A DNA stretch of 64,000 bases from an uncultured bacterium (GTDB taxonomy: Bacteria > Omnitrophota > Gorgyraeia > Duberdicusellales > CBEUCJ01), in NCBI GenBank assembly GCA_965541615.1, contig CBEUCJ010000002.1:223795-287794 (forward strand), read 5' to 3'. The notes below the pieces were generated by a model. The model was not told where the DNA came from and ran no database searches. It saw only the letters and a list, made by a program, of their open reading frames with translations. The translations under genes were made by a program, and so were the position numbers. Positions 43,419 through 52,638 of the stretch are shown piece after piece. Numbering within the stretch: the stretch's first letter is position 1; every line of letters begins with the position of its first letter.

Positions 43419-43988
43419 TTAGAAATCTTTTTCTACAAATTCACAAAGGAGATGACCTAAAAGAATATGAACTTCTTGTATCCTTGGAGTATTATCTGAA
43501 GGAACATTTATTAATATATCACAGAATTTTTTCATTTTACCTCCATCTTTACCTGTAAATCCTGCTGTTAAAATCCCTTTTTCTTTAGCTTTTTTTAAGG
43601 CTCTTATTACATTCTGTGAATTTCCACTCGTAGATATTCCAATACAAACATCACCTTTTTTACCAAAAGCTACTATCTGCCTTTCAAAAATACTATCAAA
43701 AGAATAATCATTGCCAATAGCTGTAAGGATAGAAGTATCAGTATTTAAAGCTATTGCTGGAAGAGCTTGTCTTTCTTTTTTAAATCTGACTACAAACTCA
43801 CAGGCTATATGTTGAGCTTGTGCTGCTGAACCTCCATTTCCAAATAAGATAATTTTATTTCCTTTCTTTAAAGTTCTTTTTACTACTTTTACCAAATCTA
43901 AAAATTTTTTTAAAAGATCATCGTCTTCTAAGATAAGATCTTTAATATGAATACTTTCTTTTATTTTCTCTTTGAGCTCTTTTTTCAC
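43419..43988 (-). CDS. gmhA: Phosphoheptose isomerase
   Basis: 189 aa. SIS domain GNGGSAAQAQHIACEF. Confidence 0.85.
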   Translation of the reverse strand: MKKELKEKIKESIHIKDLILEDDDLLKKFLDLVKVVKRTLKKGNKIILFGNGGSAAQAQHIACEFVVRFKKERQALPAIALNTDTSILTAIGNDYSFDSIFERQIVAFGKKGDVCIGISTSGNSQNVIRALKKAKEKGILTAGFTGKDGGKMKKFCDILINVPSDNTPRIQEVHILLGHLLCEFVEKDF

Positions 43989-43990
43989 CT

Positions 43991-45019
43991 TTATCCAAAA
44001 AATACTTTTGCTATCTCATAAAAATTAAGGTCTAAAGTCTTTATACCTTTAGCAGCTTCTTCTAAAGGAACTTCTTCTATATTGTAACCTTTTAGACTCA
44101 CCATGTATCCATATTTTTTCTTCAAAACTAAATCTACAGCCTTTACACCAAACCTTGTACCCAAAATTCTATCAAAAGCTGAAGGACTCCCTCCTCTCTG
44201 AATGTGACCTAAAACTGTAACTCTTGTTTCAAAACCTGTTTTCTTTTCTATCAACTCAGCTATTAAATGACCTATCCCTCCTAATCTTACATGACCAAAC
44301 TCATCTTTCTCAGCTTTCTGAGTAACTTCAGATGGCAACTCTTTTAATTTGGCTCCTTCAGCTACAACTACTATGCTAAAAGTCTTTCCTCTATCATGTC
44401 TCTTTTTTATCACTTCACACACCCAATCTATGTCTATAGGAATCTCTGGAACCAAAATCACATCTGCGCCTCCTGCCATGCCTGCAAAGCAAGCTATCCA
44501 ACCTGCATGTCTTCCCATAACTTCTACGACTATAATCCTGTTATGGGATTCAGCTGTGGTGTGGAGTCTATCTATACATTCAGTAGCAATCTCTACAGCT
44601 GTGAAAAAACCAAAGGTATAATCTGTACCTGAAAGATCATTATCTATTGTTTTGGGAACCCCTACAATATTCAAACCTTCTTTATAAAGTTTGTAAGCTA
44701 CACCTAAAGTATCTTCTCCTCCTATAGCTATCAAAGCTTCAAGATCCAGTTTTTTCCAATTCTCTTTTATTTTTTCAACAGCTCCTTCTCTTTTATAAGG
44801 ATTGGTCCTTGAAGTTCCCAAGATTGTGCCTCCTTTTGGTAAGATCCCTGAGACAGCTTGTAAATCTAAAGGCATAAAATCTAAATCTATAAGTCCTTTC
44901 CAGCCATATTTTATTCCTACAGTCTCTATACCTTCTTGATGAGCTTTTCTCACAATTGCTCTTATCACAGGATTAAGTCCTGGACAATCTCCTCCTCCAG
45001 TTAATACTCCTATCTTCAT
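43991..45019 (-). CDS. pfp: 6-phosphofructokinase, pyrophosphate-dependent type
   Basis: 342 aa. GGGDCPGLN. GGEDT has Asp at the E. coli-104-equivalent. PKTIDNDL has Lys at the 124-equivalent. Together these are the PPi-PFK signature. Confidence 0.8.
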   Translation of the reverse strand: MKIGVLTGGGDCPGLNPVIRAIVRKAHQEGIETVGIKYGWKGLIDLDFMPLDLQAVSGILPKGGTILGTSRTNPYKREGAVEKIKENWKKLDLEALIAIGGEDTLGVAYKLYKEGLNIVGVPKTIDNDLSGTDYTFGFFTAVEIATECIDRLHTTAESHNRIIVVEVMGRHAGWIACFAGMAGGADVILVPEIPIDIDWVCEVIKKRHDRGKTFSIVVVAEGAKLKELPSEVTQKAEKDEFGHVRLGGIGHLIAELIEKKTGFETRVTVLGHIQRGGSPSAFDRILGTRFGVKAVDLVLKKKYGYMVSLKGYNIEEVPLEEAAKGIKTLDLNFYEIAKVFFG

Positions 45020-45045
45020 TATCCTTCACCCCCTTTACTTAAAAT

Positions 45046-45636
45046 TCAAAACTCTCTGTAAGGTATCTTTAACTCAGGTTCAGTCTTATTATCTTCTTTT
45101 CCCTCTCTCTTCTTTTTAAGAGATAAAATCTTTGAAACAAATATTCTAACTCTTATATCTTCTGTACCTAACAAAGTTTGCAATTTTTCTTTAACTAAGT
45201 TTTGAAGATTAGAAGTAAAATCAGGTAACTCTTCTATAGGATTTAAAACTAATCTCAACTCTACATAAATTTTACCTTTTCTTTTAGCTCTAATTATAGG
45301 TCTTAAATCTCTAATCTCAGAGATTTCAGCACATACTTTTTTTAAAAAATCCTCTACAGCTCCTAAGGAAATTACCACCTCTCCTTTCTCAGTTTGAAAA
45401 GCTATGTTTTTCTCTCTTTCTCTTCTTATAAATAACCCTTGCAAGAACCAAATCCAGAGTAAAAATAAAAGGATTCCTACAAAAAATATAATTACTTTTA
45501 TTCTCAGATCTCCATAAAATTGACTCAAATAATATTGAATTGTAGTGAACTCAATGTAATTTAAACTTACTCCAATAAGAAACCCGCTTAAAGCTATAAA
45601 GAGAAGAGTAAAGATTAATATACACAAAAAAACCAT
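45046..45636 (-). CDS. Membrane protein, AmaP-like (putative Asp23 membrane anchor)
   Basis: 196 aa. Two N-terminal TM helices plus a cytoplasmic domain. Immediately downstream of the Asp23 gene. Confidence 0.4.
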   Translation of the reverse strand: MVFLCILIFTLLFIALSGFLIGVSLNYIEFTTIQYYLSQFYGDLRIKVIIFFVGILLFLLWIWFLQGLFIRREREKNIAFQTEKGEVVISLGAVEDFLKKVCAEISEIRDLRPIIRAKRKGKIYVELRLVLNPIEELPDFTSNLQNLVKEKLQTLLGTEDIRVRIFVSKILSLKKKREGKEDNKTEPELKIPYREF

Positions 45637-45639
45637 TTT

Positions 45640-45990
45640 TTACCCCCTTTCTATTCCTCTTACATCTATATCTATTTGAAAATTTAAAACTCCTAAAGTC
45701 TCTTGTAGATTCTTTAAGATCTTCTCCTGCATATTTAATGAAACTTCTTTGATATCTGTGCCATATTTTAAAATTACAGGGACTCTTATCCTCACTGTAT
45801 CTTCTTGAGAAATATCCACTTTTATAGCAATACCTGATTTGGGCTTAAATATCTTTAAAAACCTATCTAAAAGAGAGTAATGAATCCTTAATACACCTTC
45901 TATTTCTTGAGAAGTATTTAAAACTATTTGCCTTACAACATCTTTATGGACTCTTACTTTTCCTAAATCAGTGCTCCAAGTCTTATTCAA
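45640..45990 (-). CDS. Asp23/Gls24-family envelope stress protein
   Basis: 116 aa. Asp23 fold pattern ([16 protein letters not shown]). Overlaps the accC end. Confidence 0.75.
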   Translation of the reverse strand: MNKTWSTDLGKVRVHKDVVRQIVLNTSQEIEGVLRIHYSLLDRFLKIFKPKSGIAIKVDISQEDTVRIRVPVILKYGTDIKEVSLNMQEKILKNLQETLGVLNFQIDIDVRGIERG

Positions 45991-47344
45991 AACTATACAC
46001 CTCCTCTCTGTAAAATTTAGATAAAAATGAAGTGTCGTAATTCCCTTTACAAAAATCTGGATCTGAAACTATTCTTTGGTGCAAAGAAATAGTAGTCTTT
46101 AATGGATGTATCATAAACTCAGATAATGCGCGTTTAGCTATTTTAAGAGCTTCTTTTCTATCTTTACCATAGCATATTAATTTAGCTAATAAAGAATCAT
46201 AAAATGGAGGGACTCTGTAACCTTGATAAATAGCAGTATCTACCCTCACACCTTTTCCTCCAGGAAGATTCAAAAACTCTATTAAGCCAGGGGTTGGAAC
46301 AAAATTTTTTTCAGGGTCTTCACAATTTATTCTAAACTCTATAGCATGTCCTCTCAAAGGAATATCTTCCTGCTTCAAGCCCAATTTTTCTCCAGCAGCT
46401 ATTAGTATCTGTAATTTTACTAAATCTACGTCTGTTATTTGCTCTGTAACAGGATGTTCTACTTGGATACGTGTATTCATCTCAATGAAATAAAGATTAT
46501 GCTCTTTATCCATAATAAATTCTAATGTTCCCACATTCTCATATTTACAGGCTTTAGCTAATTTTGTTGCCCATTCAATTAATTTTTTTCTTAATTTGGC
46601 ATCTATTATTGGAGAGGGAGCTTCTTCTATTAATTTCTGATGTCTTCTTTGAATTGAGCACTCTCTTTCATATAAAGAGATAACGTTTCCATATTTATCT
46701 GCTGCTATCTGAACCTCTATGTGCCTGGGATTTTCTATAAACTTTTCTATATATAAAGACTTATCTCCAAAAGAACTTTCAGCTTCTGCTTGACAGGTCA
46801 GAAAACTGCTAACTAACCTCATATCTGTATGGCATACTCTCATTCCTCTTCCTCCACCACCAGCTACTGCTTTAAGCATTACTGGATATCCAATCTGGTG
46901 AGCAATCTCTAAAGCTTTCTCTTTTTCATTTATTTTTTCTAAACTACCAGGAACAAGTGGCACTCCGCATTTTTTAGCTAACTTTCTGGCTTCCAATTTA
47001 TCTCCCATTAATTTTATATTTTCAGGCTTTGGACCTATAAATTTTATTCCACAAGACTCACAGATCTCTGCAAAATGGGCATTCTCAGCTAAAAATCCGT
47101 AACCTGGGTGTATAGCATCACTATCTGTGATTTCAGCTGCACTTATTATTTGAGGAATGTTGAGATAACTTTCTTGGGCAGGACCAGGTCCTATACATAC
47201 AGCTTCATCAGCTAACTCTACATGTAAAGAGTCTTTGTCTGCTTCTGAATATACAGCTACAGTCCTGATATTTAACTCTCTACAAGCTCTAATTATTCTT
47301 ACAGCTATCTCTCCCCTGTTAGCAATTAAAATCTTAGAAAACAT
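45983..47344 (-). CDS. accC: Biotin carboxylase
   Basis: 453 aa. ATP-grasp, [14 protein letters not shown]. Confidence 0.95.
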   Translation of the reverse strand: MFSKILIANRGEIAVRIIRACRELNIRTVAVYSEADKDSLHVELADEAVCIGPGPAQESYLNIPQIISAAEITDSDAIHPGYGFLAENAHFAEICESCGIKFIGPKPENIKLMGDKLEARKLAKKCGVPLVPGSLEKINEKEKALEIAHQIGYPVMLKAVAGGGGRGMRVCHTDMRLVSSFLTCQAEAESSFGDKSLYIEKFIENPRHIEVQIAADKYGNVISLYERECSIQRRHQKLIEEAPSPIIDAKLRKKLIEWATKLAKACKYENVGTLEFIMDKEHNLYFIEMNTRIQVEHPVTEQITDVDLVKLQILIAAGEKLGLKQEDIPLRGHAIEFRINCEDPEKNFVPTPGLIEFLNLPGGKGVRVDTAIYQGYRVPPFYDSLLAKLICYGKDRKEALKIAKRALSEFMIHPLKTTISLHQRIVSDPDFCKGNYDTSFLSKFYREEVYSFE

Positions 47345-47782
47345 TTATAAAGGTTCTACTAAAAAGAGGGGTTGACCAAACTCAACTGGTTCTCCATTCT
47401 CTACCAAAATCTCTACAATTTTACCTTTAACTTCTGATTTTATCTCATTCATTAACTTCATAGCCTCAATTATACATAAAACTGTGCCAGGCTCTATGAC
47501 ATCGCCTACTTCTACATAGGGTTTAGCACCTGGAGATGGAGCTCTATAGAAAGTTCCAACCATAGGAGCTTTTATCTCTATAAGGTTTTTGGATTCTTTT
47601 TCAAGGTTTTCTTGCGAAGTCTTTTCAGAAGAAACTTGAATTAAGTTAGTATGCTTATTTTGAGGAGAACTCTTCTTCAATTTTATTCTTGCTCCTTCTC
47701 TTTCAATCTCTATTTCTTCTAAGTTATGTTCTTCCATTATCTTTATAAGTTCTTTTATTTTATCTATCTCTATTTCTTTCAT
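47345..47782 (-). CDS. accB: Biotin carboxyl carrier protein
   Basis: 145 aa. Biotinylation motif EAMKLMNEI. Confidence 0.9.
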   Translation of the reverse strand: MKEIEIDKIKELIKIMEEHNLEEIEIEREGARIKLKKSSPQNKHTNLIQVSSEKTSQENLEKESKNLIEIKAPMVGTFYRAPSPGAKPYVEVGDVIEPGTVLCIIEAMKLMNEIKSEVKGKIVEILVENGEPVEFGQPLFLVEPL

Positions 47783-47783
47783 T

Positions 47784-48344
47784 TTAAACCCTTTCTACAT
47801 ACTCTTTAGTTTGAGTATTAACTTTTATTACATCACCTTCTTGAATAAAAAGAGGAACATTTATCTCTAAACCTGTCTCTAAAACTGCAGGTTTAGTTCC
47901 TGACTTTACAGAATCTCCTTTAAAACCAGGTTCAGTTTTTACTACTTTTAACTCTATAAATTGAGGAAGCTTAATATTTATTAATTGTCCTTTGTAAAAG
48001 TAACCTGTTAATTCTAAATTGTCTTTTAAAAAATCTGTAAATTCTCCTATTACATCTTTGGAAAGTGTGAATTCATTAAAATCCTGCATATCCATAAAAT
48101 GGTAATCTTGACCTTCTCTGTATAAGAATTGTAACTTTTTCTCTTCAACAAAAGCTTCTTGTAATCTGTCTCCATCTCTAAATGTCCTTTCTATTAATTG
48201 ACCTGTTTTTAAATCTCTCAACTTTGTTCTGCAGAAAGCAGCTCCTTTTCCAGGTTTTACATGTTCATAACTCACGATCATATAGACTTTATCGTCTATT
48301 AATACAGTTAAACCTGTTTTAAATTGATTTATGGATATACTCAC
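47784..48344 (-). CDS. efp: Elongation factor P
   Basis: 186 aa. KPGKGAAF loop (Lys for modification). Confidence 0.95.
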   Translation of the reverse strand: MSISINQFKTGLTVLIDDKVYMIVSYEHVKPGKGAAFCRTKLRDLKTGQLIERTFRDGDRLQEAFVEEKKLQFLYREGQDYHFMDMQDFNEFTLSKDVIGEFTDFLKDNLELTGYFYKGQLINIKLPQFIELKVVKTEPGFKGDSVKSGTKPAVLETGLEINVPLFIQEGDVIKVNTQTKEYVERV

Positions 48345-49365
48345 TTAGGATCTCAGCTCCTTTCTTCTTTACCAAAACTATATCTTCAATCCTAATCCCA
48401 TATTTATTTTTAAAATAAATTCCAGGTTCTACAGTCAATACCATATTCTCTTTTAAAACTTCTTTGCTTCTAACGGATAAAAAAGGAGCTTCATGCACAT
48501 CTATACCTATCCCATGCCCTGTAGAATGCAAAACTCCTCTTATTCTTTTATGCTTTTTAAAAAAATCTCTTATTTTTTTATCTATCATTTGAACTTCTAT
48601 TCCTTCTCTTATTAAAGAAAAGGCTAAATTTTGAGCTTCTAAAACTAACTCAAAATCTTTTTTAAAAGACTTAGGTATTCTACCTATATAAAAAACTCGT
48701 GTCAAGTCAGAGCAATAATTTTTAAATTTCACTCCCACATCTATTAAAATCACCTCATTTAAAGATAACCTTCTAAAAGAAGGTTTTGCATGAGGAAAAG
48801 CTGTATTTTCTCCAAAACAAACTATAGGTTCAAATGCTAACTTCTGAGCTCCCCTCAATAAAGCAAATTTATTTACTTCACTGCACAATCTCTTTTCAGT
48901 AATTCCAACTGAAAGTATTCTTTTTACCATCTCTATTATCTCAGAAGTAATTTTTATAGCTTGCTTTATCCTCTTTATTTCTTGAAGAGTCTTTATTTTC
49001 CTCATCTCTTCTAAAATGTTAACTGGTTTAAAGAGTTTTACCTCTTCTTTTATGAGCTGATACTCTTTAAAACTTAAATCTTTTTCCTCAAATCCTAAAT
49101 ATTTTATCTTCTCTTTTTTTATTATCTTCTTAATAGAAGAAAAGTAATCTGAATCTATAATTACTTCCCATTCTTTTTTGAATAATTCTGTTTCAAATTT
49201 AAATCTCTTATCTGTAATAAGATAGTTTTTTGAGGGAGTAATGATTAAGTAAGAATCTATATATTCAGAATCTGTAAGATAAGAAAAATTTGAAGGTGAG
49301 TTTATTAAAAGAGCTTGAATTTTTGCTTCTTCTAACTTTTTATATATTTTTTCTATTTTTTTCAC
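48319..49365 (-). CDS. pepP: M24-family Xaa-Pro aminopeptidase
   Basis: 348 aa. Pita-bread fold metal ligands (HSTGHGIGIDVHE, VEPGIY). Confidence 0.8.
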   Translation of the reverse strand: MKKIEKIYKKLEEAKIQALLINSPSNFSYLTDSEYIDSYLIITPSKNYLITDKRFKFETELFKKEWEVIIDSDYFSSIKKIIKKEKIKYLGFEEKDLSFKEYQLIKEEVKLFKPVNILEEMRKIKTLQEIKRIKQAIKITSEIIEMVKRILSVGITEKRLCSEVNKFALLRGAQKLAFEPIVCFGENTAFPHAKPSFRRLSLNEVILIDVGVKFKNYCSDLTRVFYIGRIPKSFKKDFELVLEAQNLAFSLIREGIEVQMIDKKIRDFFKKHKRIRGVLHSTGHGIGIDVHEAPFLSVRSKEVLKENMVLTVEPGIYFKNKYGIRIEDIVLVKKKGAEILSEYIHKSI

Positions 49366-49789
49366 TTAAAAAATCTATAGCTGCAAAGAGTGCTAACTTA
49401 TAAGAAAGACTCTTAAAGCCTGAAATTACTCCTATACAAATGTCAGAAATTAAACTTTTTCTCCTAAATTCTTCTCTATTCCAAAGATTTGAAAGATGAA
49501 CTTCTATAGAAGGAATGTTTCTGGCTAACAGAGCATCTCTCAGACCAATACTTGTATGCGTTAAAGAAGCTGGATTTATTATTATGAAATCTGCATCTGT
49601 AGATTGAATTTTTTCTATAATCTTTCCTTCATAGTTTGATTGAAAAAATTCTATTTTTATATTATGAGATTTGGCTATTTCTTCTAATTCTTTGTTTATC
49701 TCTTCTAAAGTTTTTTCTCCATAGATATTCTGCTCTCTCTTTCCTAAAAGATTTAAATTAGGTCCATTTATAACTAAAATCTTACTCAT
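49340..49789 (-). CDS. aroQ: 3-dehydroquinate dehydratase, type II
   Basis: 149 aa. MSKILVINGPNLNLLGKRE. Confidence 0.9.
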   Translation of the reverse strand: MSKILVINGPNLNLLGKREQNIYGEKTLEEINKELEEIAKSHNIKIEFFQSNYEGKIIEKIQSTDADFIIINPASLTHTSIGLRDALLARNIPSIEVHLSNLWNREEFRRKSLISDICIGVISGFKSLSYKLALFAAIDFLSEKNRKNI

Positions 49790-49955
49790 CTTTTGAAGGG
49801 GGTTCAGATTCTTCTATTAACATTATAGGAATACCATCTATAATAGGATATTTCCTTTTACATCCTTTACATACTATTTTATCACCTTTTTGTTCTACAT
49901 CACTTTTGCAAGCAGGGCATGCTAATATTTTTAATAAATCTTCATCTATTTTCAT
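49782..49955 (-). CDS. Trm112/YcaR-family small zinc-ribbon protein (57 aa). Not in the ORF track.
   Basis: Minus-strand translation gives MKIDEDLLKILACPACKSDVEQKGDKIVCKGCKRKYPIIDGIPIMLIEESEPPSKDE, the Trm112 LLxILxCPxCK...YPIxDGIPxML pattern. Its stop overlaps the aroQ ATG (GATGAGTAAG). Confidence 0.55.
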   Translation of the reverse strand: MKIDEDLLKILACPACKSDVEQKGDKIVCKGCKRKYPIIDGIPIMLIEESEPPSKDE

Positions 49956-50214
49956 CTTCTTTTAATACTTTTACATAGTTTAGTTTCAAATTACTCAAAA
50001 TATTTTCTAACAATTCTTTTTCTTCTTGAGATAAGTTACCTTCTGTTTTCTCCTTTATCATATCTAAAGTATCTATTAAGAATTTAGCTTGCCTCAGATT
50101 CTTTTCAAACTTTTTTGTAATTGGAGACTCTATCAAACCCAAAGCTATCATCGTCTGTAGACTTAAAGAGTTTATAAAGATCTCAAAAGTTGGTTTTACG
50201 TATTTTTGCTCCAT
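49942..50214 (-). CDS. Small conserved hypothetical protein (DUF1844-like)
   Basis: 90 aa. Pattern F..L..SL...A...LG...NL..AKF.IDTL recalled from the DUF1844 family. Family assignment is weak. Confidence 0.4.
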   Translation of the reverse strand: MEQKYVKPTFEIFINSLSLQTMIALGLIESPITKKFEKNLRQAKFLIDTLDMIKEKTEGNLSQEEKELLENILSNLKLNYVKVLKEDENR

Positions 50215-50215
50215 A

Positions 50216-51019
50216 TTAATAAAATATAATACCTGCGTATCCCACTACTGAATCTCTGTCTCCTGTAACATCTGCTGAAGTCATATAAGAAATTAACTCT
50301 GCAGATTTACAACCACAAAGTTCACAGTAATTTAATAAAACTATTATAGGCATATATCCACAAATAGTCATATCTTCTTGTATAACTTTTTTAAAAAATT
50401 CAGTCTTATCTAATCTTAATATAGCTTGAATAGCTAAATCATCTTTTTTACGTGCAGTCACATCTGGCTCATAATGAGAAAAATCAGAACTGGCTATAAG
50501 TAAGACTTCTTCTTCTGATTCTCTTACAGACTTAAATAAACTTTTGGCTAACTCTTCCCATTCATTAGGAGTTCCTCCTCCTATTACTATAGGAGTCAAC
50601 TTTATTTGAGGATTAAAGTACTGCAAAAAAGGTAAAATTACTTCTAAACAATGCTCAAATTCATGAGCTAAGCTATCTAATTTTAAAATATTAGAATTCT
50701 TTAATAATAAATTCCTTAATTCTTGATCTATTTTTACTTCTCCCAAAGGAGTGATCCAATCATCACCTTCCCATAAACTAAATACCTCTCCTCTCCCTGT
50801 ATGGTTTGGTCCTATGAGAATCACTCTTTGAGGAATAGTCACTTTTGAGAGTGTGAGACCTGCTACTTTTCCTGAAAAAATATAGCCTGCGTGAGGTAGA
50901 ATAACCCCTTTTACTTTCTTTTTAACTTCTTCTTTTTTACACAAACTACGTATAGTCTCTAAAAGTTCTTTTTGTGATGCAGGATAAAATTGCCCACTTA
51001 CACAGGGCTTCCTCTTCAT
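50216..51019 (-). CDS. MEMO1-family protein (AmmeMemoRadiSam system protein B-like)
   Basis: 267 aa. GQFYPAS N-terminus, LPHAGYIFSG metal site, C-terminal DRDSVVGYAGI. Confidence 0.75.
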   Translation of the reverse strand: MKRKPCVSGQFYPASQKELLETIRSLCKKEEVKKKVKGVILPHAGYIFSGKVAGLTLSKVTIPQRVILIGPNHTGRGEVFSLWEGDDWITPLGEVKIDQELRNLLLKNSNILKLDSLAHEFEHCLEVILPFLQYFNPQIKLTPIVIGGGTPNEWEELAKSLFKSVRESEEEVLLIASSDFSHYEPDVTARKKDDLAIQAILRLDKTEFFKKVIQEDMTICGYMPIIVLLNYCELCGCKSAELISYMTSADVTGDRDSVVGYAGIIFY

Positions 51020-51180
51020 TTACGTCTTCTTCTCTTTCTTTTCTTCCTTTTCTCTGAAGGCTTTTCGTAATGCTCGTGACGCTTAGCTTCTTCTAAAGTG
51101 CCTTCTTGCTTTAAAAGTTTTCTGAATCTCTTCAGAGCATGTTCAAAAGGTTCATTTTTGCCCACAATAACTTCAGCCAT
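51016..51180 (-). CDS. rpsU: 30S ribosomal protein S21 (54 aa). Not in the ORF track.
   Basis: Minus-strand translation gives MAEVIVGKNEPFEHALKRFRKLLKQEGTLEEAKRHEHYEKPSEKRKKRKRRRRK. The TGA stop overlaps the Memo ATG (ATGA). Confidence 0.8.
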   Translation of the reverse strand: MAEVIVGKNEPFEHALKRFRKLLKQEGTLEEAKRHEHYEKPSEKRKKRKRRRRK

Positions 51181-51232
51181 TTTTTACACTCCTTTCTGTT
51201 TTCTTAAACTATACCACTTCAGAAATAGAGTG

Positions 51233-51886
51233 TCAATCTTTGTATTGAAAAGTTATTTGAATATTAAAAGCGAGTTGAGGAAAATCTAATTCCTTAGGAA
51301 AGGGAGGAAAAGGACTTGCTTCTTTCACACTCAACAAAGCTATTTCTTTTAACCTTTGAGAAGCACAAGTTTTATTCTCTAAAATTTTTATCCTCAAAAT
51401 ATTTCCAAATGAATCTATTATGAAACTTAAATAAACCTTTCCTTCTTCCCTCAAAGTATAATTTTGGTAAGCTTGAACTCTTATCTTTTCTCTTATCAAC
51501 TTATAATATTCCATATAAGAAGGAGAAGGGATTTTAACTTTTAATTCTTCAAAATCTTCTTTTACAGAAATAGACTTAATATCTTTTACAGGTGGTAATT
51601 TTACTGAGATTTTTGGTTCCTTTTTAAAGATTTTCTTCAAAATCTTTTCAGAACTCTCTATGTAAGGAGGTGGGGCTTTTAACTTTGGTTTGAATCTTTT
51701 TAAATCCATTATTGGTTTTTCTTTTAAAAAAGTTGACTTTTCAACTGAATATATTATCTGGACTTTATTTTCTTGTGTTTTTCTTTTGAAAGAATTAAAA
51801 AAATTACCTCTAATCCCTACAATTAAAGAAGTATGAATAAAAAAAGAAATCAATAAAGAAATCCTTAAAACCTTTGTATCATTCAT
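51233..51886 (-). CDS. TonB-family protein
   Basis: 217 aa. N-terminal TM helix, Pro/Lys-rich spacer, TonB C-terminal domain (VYLSFIIDSFGNILRIKI...). Confidence 0.55.
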   Translation of the reverse strand: MNDTKVLRISLLISFFIHTSLIVGIRGNFFNSFKRKTQENKVQIIYSVEKSTFLKEKPIMDLKRFKPKLKAPPPYIESSEKILKKIFKKEPKISVKLPPVKDIKSISVKEDFEELKVKIPSPSYMEYYKLIREKIRVQAYQNYTLREEGKVYLSFIIDSFGNILRIKILENKTCASQRLKEIALLSVKEASPFPPFPKELDFPQLAFNIQITFQYKD

Positions 51887-52638
51887 TTCACATAGTTTAT
51901 TAATCTTCCTATACCTTCAATCTCCACACAAACTTTATCTCCTTTTTTCATACTACCTACTCCTGCTGGAGTTCCACAAGAGATTATATCACCTTCTAAA
52001 AGTGTCATGCATTTAGATATAAAAGACAATAACTCATAAGGAGTAAATATAAAATTTTTAGTATTTGCATCCTGCTTTAGTTTATCATTAAGATACAATT
52101 TTATATCCAAATTTAAAACATCTTTTACTTCGGTTTCTATCCAAGGACCCAGTGGACAAAAAGTATCAAAAGACTTTGCTCTCGTCCATTGCCCTTCTTT
52201 CTTCTGAATATCGCGAGCTGTAACATCATTTAAGCAACTAAAACCTAAAATATATTCTTTAGCTTTTTTTACAGAAACATTCTTACATTTTTCTTTTATT
52301 ATAAAACAGAGTTCAGCTTCATAATCTAATCTTTTAACTTCAGAAGGATATATTATAAAATCTCTGTGACCTATCAAACTTGAAGGTGGTTTTAAAAATA
52401 TAATTGGGGTTTTTGGTATCTTCATATTAAGTTCTTTTGCATGATCTTTAAAATTTAAACCTACTAACACGATCTTTGAAGGCTTTGTAGGAGGTAATAG
52501 TTTTACTTTTTTATAAGGAATCTTTAAATCTGTAATTTTGAAACTTTTAAAGATATTTCCTTTTAAAACTCTTAAAACACTTTTTTCTTTTATTCCATAA
52601 TACTCTTTATTTTTATATAAAAATCTTACTATTTTTAT
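51883..52638 (-). CDS. Fumarylacetoacetate hydrolase (FAH) family protein. The N-terminus extends about 56 codons beyond the ORF-track call, and no canonical start codon is available.
   Basis: Conserved FAH N-terminal region KIVRF...YGI...KLLPPTKPSKIVLVGLNFKDHAKEL lies in frame upstream of the called GTG at 52468-52470. The only start-like codon is ATA at 52636-52638, which overlaps the thyX TAA stop (ATAA). A GGAGG Shine-Dalgarno sits 6 nt upstream. Confidence 0.6.
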   Translation of the reverse strand: MKIVRFLYKNKEYYGIKEKSVLRVLKGNIFKSFKITDLKIPYKKVKLLPPTKPSKIVLVGLNFKDHAKELNMKIPKTPIIFLKPPSSLIGHRDFIIYPSEVKRLDYEAELCFIIKEKCKNVSVKKAKEYILGFSCLNDVTARDIQKKEGQWTRAKSFDTFCPLGPWIETEVKDVLNLDIKLYLNDKLKQDANTKNFIFTPYELLSFISKCMTLLEGDIISCGTPAGVGSMKKGDKVCVEIEGIGRLINYVK

